A stretch of DNA of 64,000 bases from an uncultured Verrucomicrobiae bacterium (lineage in GTDB: Bacteria; Verrucomicrobiota; Verrucomicrobiia; Limisphaerales; UBA11358), in assembly GCA_963754775.1 (NCBI GenBank), contig CAVWHM010000028.1, positions 16,448 to 80,447 of the forward strand, given 5' to 3'. The translations under genes and the position numbers were made by a program. Every line of letters starts with the position of its first letter. The stretch's first letter is position 1. The notes under the pieces are model-generated. The model worked only from the letters and a program-made list of their open reading frames with translations. It had not been told where the DNA came from and did not search any database. Below are positions 1 through 8,490 of the stretch, in pieces.

Positions 1-1
1 G

Positions 2-670
2 ACTTCGCCCAATGGACCCGCTCCCGGATACGTCCCCGGCGGCGCGAACGCGAGCTTTGCCCCCGACCCCTCCTACTCCGGCCCGCCTCTTGTGCCGCCC
101 ATGAACCAGCCGCCACAAAAGTCGTATAAGGATTGGAACACCGGCTGGCCCGAAGATTCGTGGGAGATCACCGAGCCCGACCTCTCCTACCAGAGCGCCT
201 ACGTGTACCTGTTGTCCCGCTTCGTTCAGCCGCTGACGTATTCGGATTGGACGACCGGCAACGGTTTGAGCGGCGCCGCGGCGGACCCGATGGCCGACCC
301 GGACGGGGACGGCGTCAAGAACGCGATGGAATATGCTTTTGGCCTTTCTCCTGTCACGGCCGACGCGTCCGCCCTGCCGCAATTCCATCTCCAGTTTCAA
401 ACCGTGAACGGGCAGCCCGGAACCTATCTGACCGTCCAATTCCTGCGTCAGATGGGGGCCACAAACCTGACCTATACAGTCGAAGCCTCCACCAACCTCC
501 TCAACTGGAATCCGGTCTGCACCGTGGCGGGCACCAATGCGCCGGCAGGTCCGGGGTTTGTGCAGCAAATCGGCACCGGTTACCAACGCCAAATCGTGGC
601 GTGCGACATCGTTCCCGTCGAATCCGCAGCCCGGGCGCGGTTCGTGCGCTTCAAAATTATCATGAACTGA
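2..670 (+). CDS. 3' part of a secreted/surface protein gene whose 5' end lies outside the window (hypothetical)
   Basis: The frame of ORF 92-670 stays open back to nt 2. It contains a DPDGDGVKN calcium-binding-like motif and a beta-rich tail (LTYTVEASTNLLNWNPV) resembling the tail of the 12481-15504 protein. Confidence 0.5.
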   Translation, partial: TSPNGPAPGYVPGGANASFAPDPSYSGPPLVPPMNQPPQKSYKDWNTGWPEDSWEITEPDLSYQSAYVYLLSRFVQPLTYSDWTTGNGLSGAAADPMADPDGDGVKNAMEYAFGLSPVTADASALPQFHLQFQTVNGQPGTYLTVQFLRQMGATNLTYTVEASTNLLNWNPVCTVAGTNAPAGPGFVQQIGTGYQRQIVACDIVPVESAARARFVRFKIIMN

Positions 671-838
671 AGCGCCGGCTGAACGCGGATTGCTCAGACC
701 GCGAAGCACGCACGAAGGTGAAAACTGAGTGCGAAAAATATCGCACTCCGCCTGTTGTGTGCTTCGTGCATTCCGCGGTTAAAATGGCTCGGCGCGAAAG
801 GTTTTGCTTTTTTCCCGGCCAAGCCCCACGCTGGGCGC

Positions 839-1213
839 ATGACGCAACCGCTGGCGCTCGTTTTTTACGAAAAGCTGATGCCCGGCAGCCAACTGGTGAA
901 CCGGCTGCAGGATTTGAATTATCGCGTCCAGGCCGTGAACGATTTGTCGTCCTTCCAACGCTGCGCGCAGAGCGAAGGTCCCATGCTGGTGTTCGTGGAT
1001 TTGGAATCGAAGGAGAGCGACGTTTGTCAGGCGATTGCCGCGCTAAAATCCGATGCGGCTACGCAACATGTTCCGGTTGTGGCCTTTGCGAGCGAACGGG
1101 CCATGGAATTGCAGGCCGCCGCCCAAAAAGCGGGGGCAAAACTGGTCGTCAGCGAGACGGCGTTGTTGGATCATCTGCCGGAACTTTTGAATCAGGTGCT
1201 TCAGGTTGAGTGA
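839..1213 (+). CDS. single-domain CheY-like receiver protein, probably degenerate (pseudo-receiver)
   Basis: ATG at 839 inside ORF 755-1213 gives ~124 aa with a receiver-like beta/alpha pattern (LALVFYEK...MLVFVDLES...VPVVAFAS...AKLVV). The N-terminal acidic pair is replaced by YE. Confidence 0.55.
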   Translation: MTQPLALVFYEKLMPGSQLVNRLQDLNYRVQAVNDLSSFQRCAQSEGPMLVFVDLESKESDVCQAIAALKSDAATQHVPVVAFASERAMELQAAAQKAGAKLVVSETALLDHLPELLNQVLQVE

Positions 1214-1229
1214 CTTTCAAAACTTATGC

Positions 1230-1258
1230 TTGACGAAAACATCACCAACCTTTACGCT
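1230..1258 (+). promoter_or_regulatory. sigma70-like promoter candidate for the cold-shock gene
   Basis: TTGACG (1230-1235), a 17-nt spacer, then TACGCT (1253-1258). This leaves a ~110-nt 5' UTR, as is common for csp genes. Confidence 0.4.
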
Positions 1259-1372
1259 CGCCCCGAATTGAGGCATGAACTGTTTTCGAAAGTAATCTGC
1301 GGACATTAGCTGGTTCCCAGCGGTGTCCGTTTTTATTTTGAGCGGCAACCTCAAAAAAGTCAGGAGTTGGAT

Positions 1373-1582
1373 ATGGCTAGTGGCAAAGTAAAGTGGTTCG
1401 ATAACAAAAAAGGGTTTGGCTTTATCGCCCAGGGTTCTGGCCAGGACGTCTTTGTGCATCACTCGTCCATCATCGGCGCCGGATTCAAGACGCTCAACGA
1501 AGGCGAAGAAGTCTCCTTCGAAATCGTATCCAGCGACAAAGGTTTAAAAGCCCAAAACGTGCAACGCCTCCATTCCCCGTAG
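1373..1582 (+). CDS. cspA: cold-shock protein, CspA family
   Basis: [15 protein letters not shown] and [11 protein letters not shown] motifs. AGGAG lies 6 nt upstream of the ATG at 1373. Confidence 0.95.
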   Translation: MASGKVKWFDNKKGFGFIAQGSGQDVFVHHSSIIGAGFKTLNEGEEVSFEIVSSDKGLKAQNVQRLHSP

Positions 1583-1665
1583 AGGCTTGCAGCGTGCCAG
1601 GTTGGACCATTTCGCGGCGGCAGTTTTCGTTCGCAAGTGCCGGGAAAGGCAGGTAGTTTGTGTGC

Positions 1666-2899
1666 ATGCCGGTCATGTCCACGGCCCGCGTCACGAGCCT
1701 TTACATCCACGTTCCGTTCTGCGCACAGAAATGCGCGTATTGCGCCTTTTATTCCGAACCTTCCAGCGGCGACCTCATCAGCCGCTACGTGGCTGCCCTG
1801 ACTCGTGAATTGGAAATCGTCGCGGATGATTTAAAGCCGCGCACCATTTTTTTTGGCGGCGGCACGCCATCACTGCTGAACCTCCGGCAATGGGAACAAA
1901 TTCTCCAAGCCATGGAACGCTTGAATCTGCTCGACGCGGAGGAATTCACCGTCGAATGCAATCCTGCCACGGTTTCGCCCGACAAGGCGAAATTGCTCCG
2001 GGACTTTGGGGTGAACCGGATTTCGATGGGCGTGCAGTCGCTGGATGAGCAATTGCTCGACCGGCTTGGCCGCATCCATTCCCGCGAGATGGTTTTCAAG
2101 TCGTTCGACATCCTGCGCCGGGCCGGATTTGACAATCTCAACCTCGACCTCATGTTCGCCATTCCCGGCCAGACCCGGGAAATCTGGCGCGCGACCTTGA
2201 ACGAAGTTGTCGCCATGCAGAGCGAACACCTCTCCAGCTATGAAGTCATTTACGAGGACGACACGCCGCTGTTTGCGCAATTGCGAGCCGGGGAATTCGA
2301 CGTGGACGAGGATTTGGCCTGCGCGATGTATGAAGAATTGGTGGAACGCGCGACCACGGCTGGATTTCATCAATACGAAGTCGCCAACTTTGCGCGCGGG
2401 CAGAAGTCCAACGAGTCCACGGTCCAGAGTCCACAGGCCGCGCCCGACCGCGACCTGGCTGTGGACGGTGGACTGTCGACTGCGGACATTCCCCGCTTCG
2501 CCTGCCGGCACAACGTGAATTACTGGCGCGGCGGTTCGTTTTACGGCCTCGGTCCCAGCGCGACGAGTTACGTGCGCGGCGTGCGGACAAAGAACTGGTC
2601 GAACACGCAGCTTTATTGCGAACAGCTCGAAAAAGGAAAACGCGCCGTTGAATCGCGCGAGGAACTGCCGCCCTTGTCGCGCGCCGGCGAGACCGCAGCG
2701 TTCGGTTTGCGCATGGTTGCCGGCTGGCCGTTTGAGGAGTTTCAGCGCACGACCAGCTTTGATTTGCGCCGCGAATGGCCGGCGGAAATGAGCCAATTGG
2801 CCGGAACGCGGCTGGGGAATTATTTCGTCCGATAGTTTCCGGCTCACGCCGCAGGGACTCCGCTTCGCCGATTCGGCGGCGGAACTTTTTCTGCGCTGA
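1666..2899 (+). CDS. hemW: radical SAM heme chaperone HemW (HemN-like); one apparent frameshift near 2800 and an in-frame repeat insertion
   Basis: Has the LYIHVPFCAQKCAYCAF radical-SAM motif. ORF 1660-2835 stops early, but the conserved C-terminus (ERGWGIISSDSFRLTPQGLRFADSAAELFLR*) continues in another frame to TGA at 2897-2899. Confidence 0.85.
2405..2487. repeat. heptamer-periodic inverted repeat (AGTCCAC-type arms) inserted in frame in hemW
   Basis: Left arm is AGTCCAC GGTCCAG AGTCCAC AG. Right arm is CTGTGGAC GGTGGAC TGTCGAC TGCGGAC. The arms are complementary and translate as STVQSPQ...AVDGGLSTAD, between the conserved NFA and CRHNVNYW segments. Confidence 0.7.
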
Positions 2900-2901
2900 G
2901 T

Positions 2902-2960
2902 TTGGGAGGGACAGCGTGCCGCCGTCCCCAAAATCAGGTCGCCGACACGGCGGCCCTCCC
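2902..2960. repeat. GC-rich palindromic intergenic element (TTGGGAGGGACAGCGTGCCGCCGTCCCCAA core), likely bidirectional terminator
   Basis: GGGACAGCG/CGCCGTCCC stem between convergent hemW and the MFS gene. A near-identical core occurs in opposite orientation at 25160-25189. Confidence 0.6.
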
Positions 2961-2962
2961 GG

Positions 2963-4249
2963 TTATGTCACATCTGGAGCTTTCCCGCCGGCTGTTTCAA
3001 CTCTCCCGCCCAGCCGCTGAATCGCCAGCACGCCGGCGGCAATCGAAATCGCGCCGCAAATCACGTAGGGCAGCATCGGAACGCGCATATAAAGTGTCGC
3101 GGCAAAGATCGGGCCGAGAATGCGCGCCAGGGCCCCGGCGCTTTGCGCGACGCCGATGGTCGCGCCCTGCTCATTCGCAGGCGTGAGGTTCGAGAGCAGA
3201 CCGAATACCGGCGGGCGGGTCAGGCTGGAACCGATGGCCAGCAAGGCCAGCACCAGCAGCATTTTGATCCACGGCCAGTCGGTGGCCTGGAGGACCGCCA
3301 GCCATTTGAGCTGGCCGTCGCCTTTGACGAACGGCAGCAGCGCGAGACTGATGCCCGTCAGGAGCAGGCTCAATGAAATCAATTTCGGTTCGCCGAATTT
3401 TTTCACGAGCCGTCCAATGGCCCCGCCCTGGATGAACGCACCGATGAGGCCGCAAAAGACGAAGAGCGAAATGACCGTCATGGCCGGTTTGGTTTCATCC
3501 ACGGTGATGCCGAGATTGAAATTGTCGCTGACGAGCAGGGGCAGGGTGCTTTCAAAGCAACTGAAGGCGAATGTCGCCAGGAAAAAAATCAGGATGAGCA
3601 GACCGATTTTCGGCTGGGCCAGGGTGTGCCCCCACTGATTCAGGCGCGGGCGACGCGTTGCCTGGCCGGAATCGGGTTTCAGACTTTCGCCCAGGATGGA
3701 ATACGCGAGGAGAAAATTGGCCGCGCAAAGAGCGGCGGCAGTCCAGCCGGGACCGGTGACGCCGAAAAGTTTCAAAGCCACGCCGCTGATGGCCGGGCCG
3801 AAGATGAATCCCAGCCCGAACGCCATGCCGATCAATCCCATCCGTTTCGAACGATGCTCCGGCGGCGTAATGTCGGCGATGTAAGCCTGGGCGACGGTAA
3901 TATTGGCGCCGCAGATGCCCGCGAAAACGCGGGAAACGAGCAAAGCCCAGAGCGCGGCAGTGTGGTTTTCAAAACCCGACCCGATGGCAAACAGCACATA
4001 TGACAACGCCGCGCCGGCCGTGCTGATGAGCAGAATCGGGCGGCGGCCATGATGGTCGGACAACCGGCCCCAGACCGGCGCAAACAGGAACTGCATGGCG
4101 GAAAACGAGGCGATGATGGCGCCAATGACAAAGCCGCCCGCGCCGTAATGCCGGCTGAAAATCGGCACGAGCGGCACCACGATGCCGAACCCGATGAGGT
4201 CAATGAAGACCGTCAGAAAAACCACGAGCAGCGATGGCTTGCGTTTCAT
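2963..4249 (-). CDS. MFS transporter (drug:H+ antiporter / Tet-like family)
   Basis: 428-aa ORF with ~12 predicted TM segments. N-terminus LVVFLTVFIDLIGFGIVVPLVP and motif GRLSDHHGRRPIL are typical of DHA1 MFS transporters. Confidence 0.85.
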   Translation of the reverse strand: MKRKPSLLVVFLTVFIDLIGFGIVVPLVPIFSRHYGAGGFVIGAIIASFSAMQFLFAPVWGRLSDHHGRRPILLISTAGAALSYVLFAIGSGFENHTAALWALLVSRVFAGICGANITVAQAYIADITPPEHRSKRMGLIGMAFGLGFIFGPAISGVALKLFGVTGPGWTAAALCAANFLLAYSILGESLKPDSGQATRRPRLNQWGHTLAQPKIGLLILIFFLATFAFSCFESTLPLLVSDNFNLGITVDETKPAMTVISLFVFCGLIGAFIQGGAIGRLVKKFGEPKLISLSLLLTGISLALLPFVKGDGQLKWLAVLQATDWPWIKMLLVLALLAIGSSLTRPPVFGLLSNLTPANEQGATIGVAQSAGALARILGPIFAATLYMRVPMLPYVICGAISIAAGVLAIQRLGGRVETAGGKAPDVT

Positions 4250-4354
4250 TCCTTTTTTGATTTTGAGCCGCCAACATTAAATTGCCACGCGTCGAAACTC
4301 AAAGTTAAAAACAGAACTTGAAAACAGCACCGTTGACCGTTATATCCACCGGCC

Positions 4355-5497
4355 GTGAGCAAAACCCGCTGGGCGGTTTCCGTTCAATCAAAAAATATCC
4401 CTTTGGATCTGGAACTTTCCGCGGCCATCTGTCAGTGCCTGCAACAACTGAGCCACGAGGCGGTTTTGGTGCAGGATGGGGAGCCGGCCGGGTTGGAAGC
4501 GGATGTGCTGTTGCTGTTGACCTACCTCGGCAATTTTCCGGCGTATTGCCGAAGGTTAAAAAACTGTGGCTCACAACGCCCAAAAACCATCTTGTGGCAG
4601 ATGGATCCGTTGCCGCCGGAAAATCTACCGCTGGAAGCGGAGGTTGTCGGGCTTAAGGCTACCCGCTGGAAGGATCGGTTCCGGTTGCACCAGTCAGCAA
4701 GCGCCCTGCCGCGTTGGAAGAAAATCTGCACCTTGTTCCGGCTGCGCGAATGGGCCAACAAACAATGCTCCGCTCCTGGCTACCGCAAAGCCACCCGGCT
4801 GATCCCATGGCGCAGCGGGGAAGAATCCAACTGGGTACAGGTCCGGGGCGCAATGGAAACCTGGCGGAGGATTCGGGACGCGCACCACGAAGGATGGTTG
4901 GATCAGATTGCAGTCAGCACAAACCCGCGTCGGCGTTTCCTCGCGAGCCGGGGGATTACGGCGCAATTCATTCCGGTGGGTGCACATGAAGCAATGGGCT
5001 GCGACCTGGGCCGGCCACGGGACATCCCGGTCGGGTTTCTTGGCAACTTAAAACCCAACCGACGGGCGCATAGGCTTGAGCGATTGAACAAACGCCTGAA
5101 AGAAAAGGGCATCCCGCTCGCCTCGATTACGGAAGGCTGCTATGGCCAGAAACGGTGCGAGTGGCTCAATCGGACCCGTATCCTGGTCAATTTGCACAGT
5201 TATTCCTGGGACCCCGCATGGATTCGTTTTCTGATGGCGGCGAGATGTGGAACGCTGGTGGTGAGCGAACCGATGTATGACGAGCACCCGATGATCGCGG
5301 GTGTCCATTACATTGAGGCGGCCCTGGATGAGATGCCGACGGTCATCGGTAAACTTCTCGACGACCCGACGAAAATTCGTCAAGTTACGTCGGCCGCTGC
5401 CGACCTGTGCCAACACGAATTAACGCTCCTGCGCGCAACGGAAAAATTGATCAATTTCGGTGAAACAGTCAATTCGGGGAGGCTGGCCCGGCTATGA
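4355..5497 (+). CDS. glycosyltransferase-like protein (CgeB/GT1-fold C-terminal domain), function unknown
   Basis: 380-aa ORF. The C-terminal part (VGFLGNL...RILVNLHSYSW...GTLVVSEPM...HYIEA) resembles the CgeB/DUF3880-type glycosyltransferase C-terminal domain. Confidence 0.5.
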   Translation: MSKTRWAVSVQSKNIPLDLELSAAICQCLQQLSHEAVLVQDGEPAGLEADVLLLLTYLGNFPAYCRRLKNCGSQRPKTILWQMDPLPPENLPLEAEVVGLKATRWKDRFRLHQSASALPRWKKICTLFRLREWANKQCSAPGYRKATRLIPWRSGEESNWVQVRGAMETWRRIRDAHHEGWLDQIAVSTNPRRRFLASRGITAQFIPVGAHEAMGCDLGRPRDIPVGFLGNLKPNRRAHRLERLNKRLKEKGIPLASITEGCYGQKRCEWLNRTRILVNLHSYSWDPAWIRFLMAARCGTLVVSEPMYDEHPMIAGVHYIEAALDEMPTVIGKLLDDPTKIRQVTSAAADLCQHELTLLRATEKLINFGETVNSGRLARL

Positions 5498-5653
5498 CCA
5501 ACGTGTTCCAGCCCGACTTCGGGCAGTCAGGAGCAGCCGCAAATTGGGCAATGCGGGCGAATTAAAGTGCTGGGATATCGCTTCGTGACGGAGAGATTGA
5601 CTGTGGTAAACATGCTCTCCAAAATGTCAATCTACACTTTGAACAAAGAGTCG

Positions 5654-6805
5654 ATGATCGACACGTATCGTCCTTCGCTGGGACCCGAAGAATTGCGAGC
5701 CGTCGCTTTGGTTTTTGACAGCCGATGGCTCGGGCTTGGTCCGGTTACCGAAAAATTCGAGCGCCGACTGGCGGAATTCCTGGAATGTAAATACGTCGTC
5801 GGCGTCGGACACGGCACCGCGGCGTTGCATCTGGCGCTGGACGTGCTCGGGCTGGCGCCGGGCGACGAGGTGATTGTCCCGTCGTTGACGTTTGTGGGCT
5901 CAGTGCAAGCGATTCGGATGTGTGGCGCCACGCCGGTGTTCTGCGAGGTGGATCCGGACACGCTGAACCTGGACCTGCCGGACGCCGCCGCGAGGATCAC
6001 GCCCCGGACCCGCGCCATCATGCCGGTGCATTTCGCCGGACTGCCTTGCGACCTGGAGCCATTGTGGGATATCGCTCGCCGGCGCGGCATTCACGTGGTG
6101 GAGGATGCCGCGCACGCCTTTGGGAGCCGGTATCGCAATCATCCGGTCGGGGCCGCCGGCGATGTGGTCTGTTTCAGTTTTGACACCATTAAAAACATTA
6201 CGTGCGGCGAAGGCGGCGCGGTGGCCACGAACAACGAGACGTGGGCCCGGCATATCCGGCGCCGCCGCCGGTTGGGGATGGAGATGGATTTTGAGCCGCG
6301 CACTGCGGCTGAAGCCAACTGGCAATATCAGGTAGTCTCGCACGGGTTCCGGTATCACATGTCCGACCTCCATGCCGCCATCGGCCTCGTCCAGATGGAG
6401 AAATTTCCCGTGTTCCAGCGGCGAAAACGTGAGATTATGGAGCGCTACGACGCAGCGTTCGTGGAACTTCCCGGCATTGAAGTACTCCAGCATGACTTGG
6501 AAACAACCTGTCCCTGGGCCTGCGTGCTCAAAATTCTCAACGGGCGCCGTGACGCGTTTCGCGAGCAACTCCGGCAAAAAGGAATCAATACACTGGTGCA
6601 ATTCATCCCGAACCACCTCCAACCCGCATTCGCCTCCTGCCGTTCGGATCTGCCGGTGACGGAGCGGCTGTTCGAGCAAATCGTATCTCTGCCGTTGTTT
6701 GTCGAGATGACGGACGCCGACGTGGACGCTGTCATTCAGGCCGTCAGCGATTTTGCGAAAAGCACCGCGCGCGCGACGGTGATGTGTGGATTCAAAGCTC
6801 AATGA
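5654..6805 (+). CDS. DegT/DnrJ/EryC1/StrS family sugar aminotransferase (PLP-dependent)
   Basis: RPSLGPEELRAV..., GTAALHLAL, DAAHAFGS and FSFDTIKNITCGEGG (PLP-lysine region). The start is uncertain; alternatives are 5567 and 5612. Confidence 0.9.
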   Translation: MIDTYRPSLGPEELRAVALVFDSRWLGLGPVTEKFERRLAEFLECKYVVGVGHGTAALHLALDVLGLAPGDEVIVPSLTFVGSVQAIRMCGATPVFCEVDPDTLNLDLPDAAARITPRTRAIMPVHFAGLPCDLEPLWDIARRRGIHVVEDAAHAFGSRYRNHPVGAAGDVVCFSFDTIKNITCGEGGAVATNNETWARHIRRRRRLGMEMDFEPRTAAEANWQYQVVSHGFRYHMSDLHAAIGLVQMEKFPVFQRRKREIMERYDAAFVELPGIEVLQHDLETTCPWACVLKILNGRRDAFREQLRQKGINTLVQFIPNHLQPAFASCRSDLPVTERLFEQIVSLPLFVEMTDADVDAVIQAVSDFAKSTARATVMCGFKAQ

Positions 6806-7452
6806 AAACACCGGACAAACCATTGCTCATCCTGGGAACCGGGACGTTCGCAGTTGAGATTGCCGACGTGGCATCCGAAGTGCCAGGGGTCATCGTGGCA
6901 GGCTTTGTGGAAAATCTGGATCGCTCGCGGTGTGGTGCCCGGTTGGAAGGAAAACCGGTGTTCTGGGTGGATGATCTGGGAAACAGCATCGGCACGCACT
7001 GGTTTGTTTGCGGATTGGGCACAACCCATCGCAGCCGTTTCACCGGGCAAGTGCAACAGATGGGTGGCCGGTTCGTGTCGCTTGTGCATCCGAGTGCCCG
7101 GATTTCAGCGAGCAGCACGCTCGGTGAAGGTTGCGTTATTCATCCGGGTGTAATTGTGGCCGGACATTCCGGCCTGGGAAACCACGTGTGCGTGAACCGC
7201 GGCGCCACCATCGGACATCACACCACCGTTGATGACTTCGTCACGATTGGGCCTGGGGTCAACCTGGCGGGCAATTGCCGGATTGGCAGGGCCACGTATA
7301 TCGGCATCGGCGCCACGATCATTGACAACCTGACGATAGGTTCGCAATCCGTGGTGGGAGCCGGCGCCGTGGTGACGAAGGCTGTCCCGGACAAGGTTCT
7401 CGTCGTCGGCGTGCCGGCTAAAGTAGTCAAAGAAGGGATCGACGGAAAATAA
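6802..7452 (+). CDS. NeuD/PglD-family sugar N-acetyltransferase (left-handed beta-helix)
   Basis: N-terminal Rossmann-like LLILGTGTFAVEIADV plus hexapeptide repeats. ATGA start/stop overlap with the aminotransferase at 6802-6805. Confidence 0.85.
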   Translation: MKTPDKPLLILGTGTFAVEIADVASEVPGVIVAGFVENLDRSRCGARLEGKPVFWVDDLGNSIGTHWFVCGLGTTHRSRFTGQVQQMGGRFVSLVHPSARISASSTLGEGCVIHPGVIVAGHSGLGNHVCVNRGATIGHHTTVDDFVTIGPGVNLAGNCRIGRATYIGIGATIIDNLTIGSQSVVGAGAVVTKAVPDKVLVVGVPAKVVKEGIDGK

Positions 7453-7481
7453 ACTGATCCGAAATCCAAACCACTGAATTC

Positions 7482-8423
7482 ATGCAACCCTTGATCATCA
7501 ACGCCGCCATCACCGGCATGGTTCCCATGCCGGCAGACAATGCCTCGCTCCCCGTAACAGTCGGGCAGATTGTCGCCGAAGCGCGCCGCTGTGCCGATGC
7601 CGGGGCCTCAATTATTCACGTTCATGCGCGGGGAGAGGACGGCAAGCCTACGTGGCGCGCAGAAGTTTATCAGGAAATCATAGACGGCATTCGTGCGAAC
7701 TGTCCCGGATTGTTGATTTCCGGGTCAACGAGCGGACGCCTCTGGTCGGATTTTGAAAAACGTTCCGCCGTGCTGGATTGCCGGCCCGATCTGGCTTCGC
7801 TCACGCCCGGTTCCTTAAATTTTCCCACGGCCGCGTCGGTGAATCCTCCGCAAATTGTCTGCGAGCTTGCCACCGCCATGAAGGAGCGCGGCGTGGTGCC
7901 TGAACTGGAACTCTTTGAAATCGGCATGATTGATTACGTGCGCGATTACATGATTCCCCGGGGATTTCTCCAGGCCCCGTTCTACGCGAATCTGCTGGTG
8001 GGGTCGCTGGGCACGATGGCCGCATCCGCCCGCAACCTGGTCCACATGGTGGATGCGCTGCCAACAGGCGCGGTTTGGTCGGCCGCCGGCATTGGACGAT
8101 TTCAATTCCAAATCAACCACCTGGCCATTGCCATGGACGGCCACGTGCGCGTCGGCCTGGAAGACAATCTTTGGATGGACACGGAAAAAACCGACCCAGC
8201 GACCAACGTCCGCCTCATCGAACGGGTCGTCCGGGTGGCTGAAGCCGCCGGACGCCCCATCGCCAGCCCGGCCACCGCGCGAAGCATCATCGGCTTGCGC
8301 ATCAACCGCCGCCACGCGGCTGAAGGCAAATCAAGCCGTTCGAACCAAAAAACCGGAGCCGCTCGGGAGGAACAAAAGGAATTCAACAGCGCCAAACAAT
8401 TGCGGCGGCGGATAACTTTGTGA
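7482..8423 (+). CDS. 3-keto-5-aminohexanoate cleavage enzyme family protein (BKACE, DUF849)
   Basis: N-terminus PLIINAAITGMVP...VTVGQIVAEARRCADAGASIIHVHAR is characteristic of BKACE TIM-barrel enzymes. The ~40-aa basic C-terminal tail is unusual. Confidence 0.8.
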   Translation: MQPLIINAAITGMVPMPADNASLPVTVGQIVAEARRCADAGASIIHVHARGEDGKPTWRAEVYQEIIDGIRANCPGLLISGSTSGRLWSDFEKRSAVLDCRPDLASLTPGSLNFPTAASVNPPQIVCELATAMKERGVVPELELFEIGMIDYVRDYMIPRGFLQAPFYANLLVGSLGTMAASARNLVHMVDALPTGAVWSAAGIGRFQFQINHLAIAMDGHVRVGLEDNLWMDTEKTDPATNVRLIERVVRVAEAAGRPIASPATARSIIGLRINRRHAAEGKSSRSNQKTGAAREEQKEFNSAKQLRRRITL

Positions 8424-8490
8424 ATTGATTGCGAACGAGTATTTCGAATTCCCGCTTGTGGCCGGTTCAAATTAGCGTTCTCCTGTTTGC

